Origin: Kiritimatiellia bacterium
Lineage (GTDB): Bacteria; Verrucomicrobiota; Kiritimatiellia; RFP12; UBA1067
Reading direction: 5' to 3'
Length of the DNA: 64,000 bases
Assembly: GCA_045656225.1 (NCBI GenBank)
Contig: JAZOQU010000040.1
Coordinates: 4,697-68,696, forward strand
The translations under genes were made by a program, and so were the position numbers. How positions within the stretch are numbered: position 1 is the first letter of the stretch; every line of letters begins with the position of its first letter. Positions 28,001 through 35,221 of this stretch are shown piece after piece. Below the pieces are notes generated by a model. That model was not told the DNA's origin. It searched no databases and saw only the letters and a program-made list of their open reading frames with translations.

Positions 28001-28556
28001 TAAGTTCGATATATTTATGGAAAAAGATTCTGAGCTTGGCGATGTGCTCGTCGCTAAGCTCGATAAGACGTTCGTTGATTCTCGTTACGGTAATGTAAGC
28101 GGCGTTATCCCCGAAGTCGCCTGGGAATTCGGGGGTATCGAATTTAAGAAGTCAGTTCCGTACATTACATATAAGCCCAACACTCGTCTCGCCGTGAGAC
28201 TTTATGGTAACTCTTCATTCTCAAAACTCTCTGTTATGTTTGAAGACGAGAATGGTAAGATACATTGGAGCGCGTTCGACATATACCGCAGTTACCAGTG
28301 CTTCCACGGCTGGCATACAATTGAGGCCGACTTCCCGAAGGAGCTTCGTGAAGATGGGCGTAAGTTCAGAGTTAAGGCTGTTATGTTCGGCGCGGCGCGC
28401 AAGCAGATCAATCCGAAGGAAATGGTCGAGATTCACGACAACTTTAAGCTTAAGGACGTTTATGTCGTAACCGTTCCCGAAGAAGCGGTGCCGGCTTCCG
28501 ACGAGGCGAAGCATGCGGCCGCTATCATGAAGACGGTAGATGATAAGGATTTGTAA
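25056..28556 (+). CDS. Large secreted protein (1166 aa), unknown function
   Basis: Signal peptide MRNILTLFFVAFVFNISLFAE; long uninterrupted ORF; no motif I can name. Confidence 0.6.
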   Translation: MRNILTLFFVAFVFNISLFAETAFEAVVKGLGEFTVSRADAENATYKIRYPNAGPHKGGVQVYEDRYISYSARMNLVRRGLTDKLPKRTLYKDCYVWITGDGIEKNVEYSQLPYFHSGYGLYPSDDVPKFMSEWRKKYATGKDRAYTFRFLPDHDDNRTLVFIDGSLVGSIPGINPVIDVRSTNMTIVKKGTIEVLSQIGMYSLPVLDPARPHPLLAKGAKLSIGSGVKKFDNILIDVWKPENSVDQSKIRQTTPHRDLVWDPIFARTRYQTGPEYMHWVVPCKSWLYAWVVCADIPMEGREPILGVQLAKLGRGCSQGNINISKDRLDEASPNKKVIGELEYVNKEGKLVKTPLYLVRLTLDPTKLGSRFMNKFSLDFDFVGDGGRKWNKLTSVQIFGATLQEAPFSFKIVNPVRGNIFEQGTDEKKCSVEIVAETDDVEGTFEIEITDPYFKTLKKWSKKFNFAKNGEKLNIPINLTDFGVGWYAMFYKFKDASGYVLAQHEAAFTVLAPDDREAGYESPYAGWPLLNGYHGANPNPIEQLDIMRKAGYRKTWGQSLHVKSEEEGKPWKITMSSIYQQLPYNSGRPTKTYDELVKKFDRGVEKAREAFEKFPHCNVIQLLHEQGGRDLAYEVARERPAVRGEYRGWDFDNPGDYDKSQEVRARWEVFFCTEFCKRMRKEFPGKRIMIGNGSSASEKIAALISNGFDLSLVDQLGIESKGFQAMPELNANRESPGMLWALRETGRVFGYTNFTLNACNEFVFRPERTVQRTWSRDKIMQVTDFSVRDYLICLIWGCDIISTGHLEDANDAYYDTNWGAAGQCKFYPYSYPKRMYTALAVLTRVLDCPEFLRMVDSGENSSYIAEFRRNRKTPDFAYALWTPLFGATAKVKFPVSAKIKVYDIWGRESTLAENGEIDIGSSPCYIVSTEKMEGAKIVRHFQQGLAGREYKKIFDCTIENSFVSSVTNPPKLSRAYDSPVYLGKFDIFMEKDSELGDVLVAKLDKTFVDSRYGNVSGVIPEVAWEFGGIEFKKSVPYITYKPNTRLAVRLYGNSSFSKLSVMFEDENGKIHWSAFDIYRSYQCFHGWHTIEADFPKELREDGRKFRVKAVMFGAARKQINPKEMVEIHDNFKLKDVYVVTVPEEAVPASDEAKHAAAIMKTVDDKDL

Positions 28557-28644
28557 TTTGTTTAAACGATAGATTCGATTAATCTGAAGTTCATTATAGT
28601 GAATAATTTGGGTAAATTCCCTATTGTGTTATTAAGAAAAAGGG

Positions 28645-28652
28645 TGTATAAT
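28645..28652 (+). promoter_or_regulatory. Extended -10 element TGTATAAT for the hipBST operon (near-leaderless)
   Basis: TGTATAAT ends 8 nt before the ATG at 28661; no SD sequence. Confidence 0.4.
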
Positions 28653-28657
28653 TCATT

Positions 28658-28858
28658 TTGATGAATAAATTAGATATAGGAAAGGTGATTGCTGAGAGGC
28701 GCGACACGCTTAATATTACTCAAGCGAGGCTTGCGAAGTTGAGCGGAGTATCAGTGCATACTCTTTCTAATCTTGAGACGGGCGAGGGTAATGTTACGCT
28801 TGATACGCTTCTTAAGGTTGCGGATACTGTGGGCTTTAAAGTGAGGGTCGGGGTATGA
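28658..28858 (+). CDS. hipB: XRE-family HTH protein, HipB-like (ATG at 28661)
   Basis: IAERRDTLNITQARLAKLSGVSVHTLSNLETGEGNVTLDTLLKV; ATGA overlap with the next gene. Confidence 0.8.
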   Translation: MMNKLDIGKVIAERRDTLNITQARLAKLSGVSVHTLSNLETGEGNVTLDTLLKVADTVGFKVRVGV

Positions 28859-29169
28859 AGAGTGCTACGGTATATTATCGTGACATACCAGCTGGTACGA
28901 TAGTTAAGGATGATGAAGGCTATCTTTTTCGTTATGATCCGCTATATTTTGCGGATGCCGCGATGCCAGATATATCGGCTACTTTACCTAAAACGCAACG
29001 TGAGTATCGTTCGAAGGTGTTATTCCCGTTCTTCTTCGGGCTTCTAGCCGAGGGCGCACAAAAAGAGCGTCAGTGCCGCGAACTACACATTGATGAGAAT
29101 GATCATTTTACACGTCTTGTTGAGACGAGCGCATTTGGTGCGATAGGAGCGGTATATGTTAAAGCTTGA
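28855..29169 (+). CDS. hipS: HipS-like protein (stand-alone HipA N-terminal subdomain)
   Basis: 104 aa; VYYRDIPAGTIVKDDEGYLFRYD...LFPFFFGLLAEG resembles the HipA N-terminal (couple_hipA) region; positioned between hipB and the kinase. Confidence 0.7.
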   Translation: MKSATVYYRDIPAGTIVKDDEGYLFRYDPLYFADAAMPDISATLPKTQREYRSKVLFPFFFGLLAEGAQKERQCRELHIDENDHFTRLVETSAFGAIGAVYVKA

Positions 29170-30046
29170 TTTTTCGGTCTCAGATTTAAATCTTCAAGTA
29201 AATAGGGATAAGACGCGTCGTGCGTCTATATCTGGTGTGCAGGATAAGGTGCAGCTAAAGCGCGTTCGCGGCGGATTTACCGTTGTTGAGTCGAATGGTG
29301 ATTATATCTTAAAGCCAGTACCTCGTAATACTTATGCGCAGCTCGCAAGTGATATTCCTGCCAATGAGGCACTGACAATGGATATTGCTGAGAAGGTGTT
29401 TCGAATTAAAACGGCAGAGCATGATCTCGTTGAAATGAAGGATGGTGAATACGCTTATCTTACACGGCGTTTCGATAGACGCGGCAACGAACTTGTTCAG
29501 CAAGAAGATTTTTGTCAGCTGTCGGAGCGCACGATAGAGACTCATGGCGAAAATTATAAGTATGACTCCAGTTATGAAGAGCTAGCTGGGCTTATGCGCA
29601 AGTTTTGTCCAGCAGCTGTTGTAGAGAATCCGAAGGTGTTTTTTCTAATTCTCTTCAATTATGTATTCGCCAATGGTGACGCGCACCTTAAGAATTTTTC
29701 ACTTTATCGAAGCGAGCATGGCGATTATATTCTTACTCCTGCATACGATTTATTGAATACGGCTGTGCATTTTCCTAATGAACCGACAGCAACGGGGTTA
29801 GACTTCTTCGCCGATGGGCATTTTACGCAATCATACGAGAAGCTTGGGTTTTATTCATCGATAGACTTTATTGAACTTGGCGCGGCATTTGGAGTTTTAA
29901 AAGAGGAGGTAAGTGAAATGATTTCGCTTTTTTCTGCTCGCAAGGATAATGTCGAGTCAATGATTGCGGCATCATATCTTTCTGAAGAAGCTAAGTCGCG
30001 GTATTTCTCGAAGTTTGCCGACCGGTTGAGAGCTATCGCGCAGTAA
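29156..30046 (+). CDS. hipT: HipT-like Ser/Thr kinase toxin (HipA core lacking the N-terminal subdomain)
   Basis: Gly-rich loop RASISGVQDKVQL (SIS motif), catalytic GDAHLKNFSL, TPAYDLLNT; 14-nt overlap with hipS. Confidence 0.75.
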   Translation: MLKLDFSVSDLNLQVNRDKTRRASISGVQDKVQLKRVRGGFTVVESNGDYILKPVPRNTYAQLASDIPANEALTMDIAEKVFRIKTAEHDLVEMKDGEYAYLTRRFDRRGNELVQQEDFCQLSERTIETHGENYKYDSSYEELAGLMRKFCPAAVVENPKVFFLILFNYVFANGDAHLKNFSLYRSEHGDYILTPAYDLLNTAVHFPNEPTATGLDFFADGHFTQSYEKLGFYSSIDFIELGAAFGVLKEEVSEMISLFSARKDNVESMIAASYLSEEAKSRYFSKFADRLRAIAQ

Positions 30047-30130
30047 GCATAACTTTGGAGAGTATTTCAAATGATTTCACGCCACCACGCTCACTTCATT
30101 ATTGGGGTCGGATACTCGGACGCTTCTAGA

Positions 30131-31864
30131 ATGCGTCGGATTTTGATTGGATGCATAAGCGCGGTAGTGTTGTTCGCTGTGTCCACTGCGTTCGCGGTCG
30201 AGACATGGCGGGTTGAGGAACTCTCGTTCGAAGCCGCGAAGGATTATACGTCTGGCGGCGGCGATGCCGTCTTGATGGATGTTGCATTCGCCCACTCCTC
30301 CAGCGGAACCGAAATCGTGCGCCCGGCGTTCTGGGACGGAGGACGGACGTTCCGCGTTCGTTTTGCGCCGACTTGCGCAGGCGATTGGAAATGGCGTGTT
30401 AAATGCCCAGATGACGCATCGCTAGACGGAAAAACAGGACTCATAACGTGCGTTCCGTATTCTGGCAAGTTAGAAATATATCGCCGCGGATTCGTCAAGG
30501 CCGAGCCAGGGCGGAAATATTTCACTTATGCTGACGGCAGTGCTTTTTTCTACCTCGGCGATACGCATTGGGGAATGTACAGGGAGGAAATTGATGAGGC
30601 GGGACCTCATGCGCTCGGCGTAAAGACGGATTCGCATTTTAAGTATATAGTAAACCGTCGCGTGGAACAGGGCTTCACCGTCTACCAGAGTGAACCGATC
30701 GGCGCGAAGTTTAAACTGACCGACGGACGAGTAGACGCCGACGACATTCCGGGGTTCCGTCTAGCCGACCGCTATTACAGCTATATCGCTGATGCTGGAC
30801 TCGTTCACGCTAACGCGCAGTTCTTTTTCGCTTCGGCAATGAATAAGGCGCTCGCCGAAGACAAGGCTGCGCTCGAGCGTCTTTCGCGGTATTGGGTGGC
30901 GCGTTTCGGCGCATGGCCAGTCATGTGGACGATAGCGCAGGAGGTAGACAACGATTTCTACGCGGAACGAGGCGACCAGAAGATTTATAGCTGCACGAAC
31001 AATCCGTGGGTAGCGGTTGCGGAGTTTATTCACAAATACGACGCGTACGCGCATCCGCTTTCAGCACACCAAGAATATACTGGCCATACGACCGTGACGG
31101 GGGCTGGGACGAAAAAGGGACAGGCCAATATCAGCGGCGACGGAATATCCGCATTCGCCGATGAGGATGTCGCCAGACGTACTGGGCATAACTGGTGGGC
31201 GGCGCAGTGGAGTCCGAGCCTTGTCGATACTGGCAGTCCGGCGGTCGCCCGCGACTATTGGGCGTCGCGGCGTCCCGCCGTCAATTACGAGGGGCGCTAT
31301 TGCAATCTTTGGACAAAGGATTTCGGGGCGCGTGCGCAAGGGTGGATATCGTTTCTCAGCGGTTTCTGCGGCTATGGCTATGGCGCCGCGGACATGTGGC
31401 TTTATCGCAGCACATACGATATGCATAAAGATTCGCATGACGGAGTCGAGAACATAACTGTCGCCGATAAGGCCGTCTACTGGAGTACTGCGATAGAGTT
31501 TCCCAGCGCAATTCAGATGGGACACATGAAAAGATTCTTCATGTCCTTCGACTGGTGGCGCATGGAGCCCATCCTCGGCAGAAATAACGGCGTCTTCGCT
31601 CCAGAAAGTCATGCGTGGCACGGCGCGGTTATCGACGGTAAACGCCGCATGTTCATATTCTACTTCCATCCAAAGTCGGGCGCGGGGCTACGAACCGGCA
31701 CCATTTTGTCGCTGCCGCCAAACAGCCGTTGGATAGCCAGGTGGTTCAATCCAAGGAGCGGAAAATGGCACGAGGGCGAAATCAAGCTCAATGCCGATGC
31801 CTCTGGACGCCTAAAATTGCCGCCCCTACCGGCCGAGGGAGACTGGACGTTGGTAGTAAATTAA
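30131..31864 (+). CDS. DUF5060/DUF4038 (glycoside hydrolase family 140-like) secreted protein
   Basis: Signal peptide from MRRILIGCISAVVLFAVSTAFA (track ORF begins 60 nt earlier); N-terminal RPAFWDGGRTFRVRFAPTCAGDWKW, catalytic-domain GDTHWGM. Confidence 0.6.
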   Translation: MRRILIGCISAVVLFAVSTAFAVETWRVEELSFEAAKDYTSGGGDAVLMDVAFAHSSSGTEIVRPAFWDGGRTFRVRFAPTCAGDWKWRVKCPDDASLDGKTGLITCVPYSGKLEIYRRGFVKAEPGRKYFTYADGSAFFYLGDTHWGMYREEIDEAGPHALGVKTDSHFKYIVNRRVEQGFTVYQSEPIGAKFKLTDGRVDADDIPGFRLADRYYSYIADAGLVHANAQFFFASAMNKALAEDKAALERLSRYWVARFGAWPVMWTIAQEVDNDFYAERGDQKIYSCTNNPWVAVAEFIHKYDAYAHPLSAHQEYTGHTTVTGAGTKKGQANISGDGISAFADEDVARRTGHNWWAAQWSPSLVDTGSPAVARDYWASRRPAVNYEGRYCNLWTKDFGARAQGWISFLSGFCGYGYGAADMWLYRSTYDMHKDSHDGVENITVADKAVYWSTAIEFPSAIQMGHMKRFFMSFDWWRMEPILGRNNGVFAPESHAWHGAVIDGKRRMFIFYFHPKSGAGLRTGTILSLPPNSRWIARWFNPRSGKWHEGEIKLNADASGRLKLPPLPAEGDWTLVVN

Positions 31865-31868
31865 GGGG

Positions 31869-31972
31869 CCATTAGCGATAAGTGCTAGAAAATAGCGAAA
31901 AACGCGGCGGATTGAGGATTTTGGGTGCGAATTCCCGCGCTTTTATTTTGCGGGTAGAAGTGGTATGATTGC
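31869..31972 (+). repeat. Direct repeat R1a (terminator-like hairpin plus TGGTATGAT promoter)
   Basis: About 104 bp, aligns nearly base for base with 33510-33612. Confidence 0.8.
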
Positions 31973-32003
31973 AGTAATATTTTGCTGTAAGATGCTAAAA
32001 TCA

Positions 32004-32032
32004 TTGTTTACAGCAATATATTATGGTAAAAT
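32004..32032 (+). promoter_or_regulatory. Promoter of hipBA (-35 TTGTTT, 17-bp spacer, extended -10 TGGTAAAAT)
   Basis: -10 ends 1 nt before the first ATG and 6 nt before the second (32039), implying a leaderless transcript. Overlapped by inverted repeat TTGCTGTAA-N17-TTACAGCAA. Confidence 0.45.
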
Positions 32033-32383
32033 ATGAGCATGAATTTAAATATTGAATCTTCAATACATTTGATAAGTCCAACGGATGTATTATCTACATT
32101 GCGCGAATGGGTAAAGCTTTCTCGTCAGCGTTTGGGGCTTACTCAAGAAGAGTTGTCGAAGAAATCTAATGTTCCAGCGACGACTATTTCGCGCTTGGAG
32201 CGTACTGGGCTAGCTTCAACTGATTCCTTAAGTCGCGTTCTTTTTGCGCTTGATCAATTAGATTCGTTTCATGAATTTCTCAAGGCGCGGTTACGTTTCG
32301 CGTCTTTCCCAAAAACTCTTGAAGATGAAGTTTCTAATAAGAAAATATTGCGCGTACGGCATAAAAGAGGGAACGAAAAATGA
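32033..32383 (+). CDS. hipB: XRE-family HTH protein, HipB-like
   Basis: LREWVKLSRQRLGLTQEELSKKSNVPATTISRLERTG; 4-nt overlap with hipA. Confidence 0.75.
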   Translation: MSMNLNIESSIHLISPTDVLSTLREWVKLSRQRLGLTQEELSKKSNVPATTISRLERTGLASTDSLSRVLFALDQLDSFHEFLKARLRFASFPKTLEDEVSNKKILRVRHKRGNEK

Positions 32384-33522
32384 AATTGAATGTATCATTC
32401 AGATTCTCGCCCGATCGTGTTATTCGCGTTGGAACTTTATATCAAAACGGTAGAGATTCGGCATTTGAATATGCCCAGCCCTTTTTTGCGGAAAAACTTA
32501 ATCCCGCGCCGTTTCGTCTACCTGTAAAAGAGGGTGTAAATATTTTCGATTGGTCTGGTGGTATGGAGACATTCGGCATGTTTGAAGATTCATTGCCGGA
32601 TGGTTGGGGTAGGCGGCTTGTTGATGTGATGTTTAGAAAAAGGAATGGGCGGCTACCTACTGTGTTAGAACGGCTATCTTGTGTTGGAAGCTCAGGGATG
32701 GGAGCTTTAGTATATGAACCTGAAGATAGCCCGGTTCAGCAGTATACTGAATTTGATTTAGCGGCTATTGCATCTGATGCTATGAACTTCGAATCTGGTC
32801 TTGCGGAGGATGTCCTGCCGCAAGTGCGACGAGCGGGCGGTAGTTCCGGCGGCGCAAGACCAAAAGCATTTATTGGCTATAATCCGAATACAGGCGAGGT
32901 TTGTGCCGAATCGGAGACTCTGCCAGATGGATTTGAGCATTGGCTCGTCAAGTTTTATACGAAGCGTGACGGTGATTGCGCCGGCGAGCTTGAGTATCGC
33001 TATTATAAGGCGGCGTTGGCTGCGGGAGTAGATATGTCGCCATGCCGATTATTAGAGACCTCTGCTGGAAAGTTTTTTGCAACAAAGCGATTTGATAGAA
33101 CGGACAATGGCGGGCGTTTGCATTTAGCTTCAATCGCTGGTTTATTGTATGCAAATTTTAGGATACCTGGTGATGAATATGAGATAATATTTAAGTTGAC
33201 GGATGCATTGACTCATGATTATTCGGCCAAGAAGGAACTTTTTAGGCGCGTTGCATTGAATGTTTTTGCTCACAATAGGGATGATCATCTAAAAAATTTC
33301 GGATTTTTAATGGATGCAAATGGTGTTTGGAAACTCGCGCCATTTTACGATTTTACTTATGCTGAAGGGCCGAACGGATGGCATACACTTTCAATTGCTG
33401 GAGAAGGGGCGAATCCGAGAGAGGATGATCTGCTAAGGTTAGCTGATAGTGTTGATCTATCGGTGAAAGACGCAAAAGAAGTCATAGAGATAACGAAAGA
33501 GGTTTCTCCCCATTGGCAATAA
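32380..33522 (+). CDS. hipA: HipA-family Ser/Thr kinase toxin (full length)
   Basis: N-terminal couple domain (FEDSLPDGWGRRL), P-loop-like GGSSGGARPKAF, catalytic NRDDHLKNFGF, APFYDF. Confidence 0.85.
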   Translation: MKLNVSFRFSPDRVIRVGTLYQNGRDSAFEYAQPFFAEKLNPAPFRLPVKEGVNIFDWSGGMETFGMFEDSLPDGWGRRLVDVMFRKRNGRLPTVLERLSCVGSSGMGALVYEPEDSPVQQYTEFDLAAIASDAMNFESGLAEDVLPQVRRAGGSSGGARPKAFIGYNPNTGEVCAESETLPDGFEHWLVKFYTKRDGDCAGELEYRYYKAALAAGVDMSPCRLLETSAGKFFATKRFDRTDNGGRLHLASIAGLLYANFRIPGDEYEIIFKLTDALTHDYSAKKELFRRVALNVFAHNRDDHLKNFGFLMDANGVWKLAPFYDFTYAEGPNGWHTLSIAGEGANPREDDLLRLADSVDLSVKDAKEVIEITKEVSPHWQ

Positions 33523-33612
33523 GTGATAGAAAATTGCGATAAGCGCGGCGGATTGGGGATTTTGGGTGCGAGCGCCGCGTTTTTATTTTATGCGTTAAAG
33601 TGGTATAATTGC
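33510..33612 (+). repeat. Direct repeat R1b (terminator CGCGGCG...CGCCGCG-T run plus TGGTATAAT)
   Basis: Second copy of R1; starts inside the last codons of hipA. Confidence 0.8.
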
Positions 33613-33736
33613 GTAGTGATGATGATGGATGATTATAAAATATCAGAAAACTTCCAATGCGGGGCGGGTTGTAAAATGATTTCACCCCACCACTCTCACC
33701 CCGCCAATGGGGTCAGTCCCGTTCCCCATTCCCCAC

Positions 33737-34855
33737 TTACAACTTAGACATGTTAGTTGTGTAAGTTCCATCGGCTTTAATCTTAAATACTCTTACTTGG
33801 CCCCAATTGAAAATCGCGGTTGCGCCGAGACGCATACCGTTATTGTCTATCGTATCGAATGAATTGGAGTGGTCGTGACCGAAGAAAGCGCCTTTCATAG
33901 TGCCTGATTTGCGCCAAGCCTCATAAAGAGTAATCCCATCTACAGTATGCTCCTTATTTTCGTATATTGACCATTGCGGAGGGCAAGGGCTCTCACGAAC
34001 TTGGCCAGCGATAAGCTTAGAGGCGACGGGCTTAATATTGAAAAGCTTTCTAGGGTTCTTCTTATCTATTCTACCTTTAATTTTAACCTTGCCGACCTCT
34101 TCAGTAGTCTCGAATACACCGTTCGTAATGATATCGGGTACAATTATGTGCTGAATCCAAAGATGAGGAACTTTATCGGCTGAATCACGCATATACCATG
34201 CGATTTGATCGCTATGAGGGTTATCCCAACCGCTACTTGGAATGGGCGAGCCATCTTCTCTAAACCTAACGTATGATCCAGAATCAGCTAAGTATACCTT
34301 AAAGGATGGTTTTTTAGTGTCTTTAGAATAAATATCTATAACGCCTGTACCAACGCCAGTTAACTCAGGTATATCATAATCAATAAATAAATCGCCTAAT
34401 TGCTTTTTAAACCAATCATATTGAGCCTGGCGCGAGAAATACACCGAATCATCAGGTGCGTGTTCAGAGTCGTGATTACCGAATGTAATAGCGAGTGACG
34501 TATTTGTGCGCTTAAGAGCCTCGACTAAAGGCGTCATAAGTATTGGGAATTTTTCAATCGTGTTTTCCCGCGTGTTTACATTATCGCCCGAGAGGACGAC
34601 GAATGACGCGTTAAGCGCTTTTATTTTCTTTTCTAACTTGTCAACAATGGCTGTGTTTGGCGGCTTGTCCTTCATTCTAAGGTGCCAGTCAGCTATCATA
34701 AAAAAGGTAATAGTTCTATCATTTGCAAAATTGAATGAGGGGGATTTGCTTTTTGCGGTATCTGTTGGCGCACTATAAAGGGAATTGAGCGGGCTCAGGC
34801 CAGCCAGTGTCGTAAGAGAACAGAATCCGTTGATAAATGATTTTCTACTAATCAT
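33737..34855 (-). CDS. Secreted metallophosphoesterase
   Basis: N-terminal hydrophobic leader; motifs IADWH, GDNVNTRE, GNHDSEH, GHDHSN. Confidence 0.7.
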   Translation of the reverse strand: MISRKSFINGFCSLTTLAGLSPLNSLYSAPTDTAKSKSPSFNFANDRTITFFMIADWHLRMKDKPPNTAIVDKLEKKIKALNASFVVLSGDNVNTRENTIEKFPILMTPLVEALKRTNTSLAITFGNHDSEHAPDDSVYFSRQAQYDWFKKQLGDLFIDYDIPELTGVGTGVIDIYSKDTKKPSFKVYLADSGSYVRFREDGSPIPSSGWDNPHSDQIAWYMRDSADKVPHLWIQHIIVPDIITNGVFETTEEVGKVKIKGRIDKKNPRKLFNIKPVASKLIAGQVRESPCPPQWSIYENKEHTVDGITLYEAWRKSGTMKGAFFGHDHSNSFDTIDNNGMRLGATAIFNWGQVRVFKIKADGTYTTNMSKL

Positions 34856-35221
34856 AGTAATTAAATATTATGAAGTTAACTTACTCACAGTATATCAAAG
34901 TCACTGAAAGCGTACAACGCACCTTTTACGGCAACAAACTGCGTCGCGAGAAAGAGAAGAACTTCAATTTGACGGTGGGTTTTAATTATGGTATTATTGA
35001 GGTGTTGTCATTAGCCTAAAAGGGTCACATTAGGAGAATGAAGCGAAGGTTCACTTGCAATATTATTATTGTTTCTACGCGTATTTAGCGCGTAGCGTGT
35101 TACCTTTGTTTTGTTGGTTTTTAGTGCGTACCTTTTTCGCGGTGAATTTAACAGGCACTCGCTGTTTAGGGGATAAAATCTTAAGCGGCAGGTGCAAAAC
35201 CAAAAAAAAAAGGGCACAATA

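Noticed and set aside
31869-33727. Integron gene cassettes with attC sites, as an explanation for the repeats flanking hipBA
   Set aside because: There is no integron integrase or attI in the window. The repeats are direct and consist of a terminator hairpin plus promoter, not the imperfect inverted R''-L''/L'-R' structure with a GTTRRRY core.
33523-33747. 74-aa plus-strand ORF downstream of hipA
   Set aside because: It runs through the R1b terminator/promoter repeat and the X repeat. It has no RBS and an implausible composition. Only its last 23 codons (the MISPHH… mini-ORF) are discussed as a finding.
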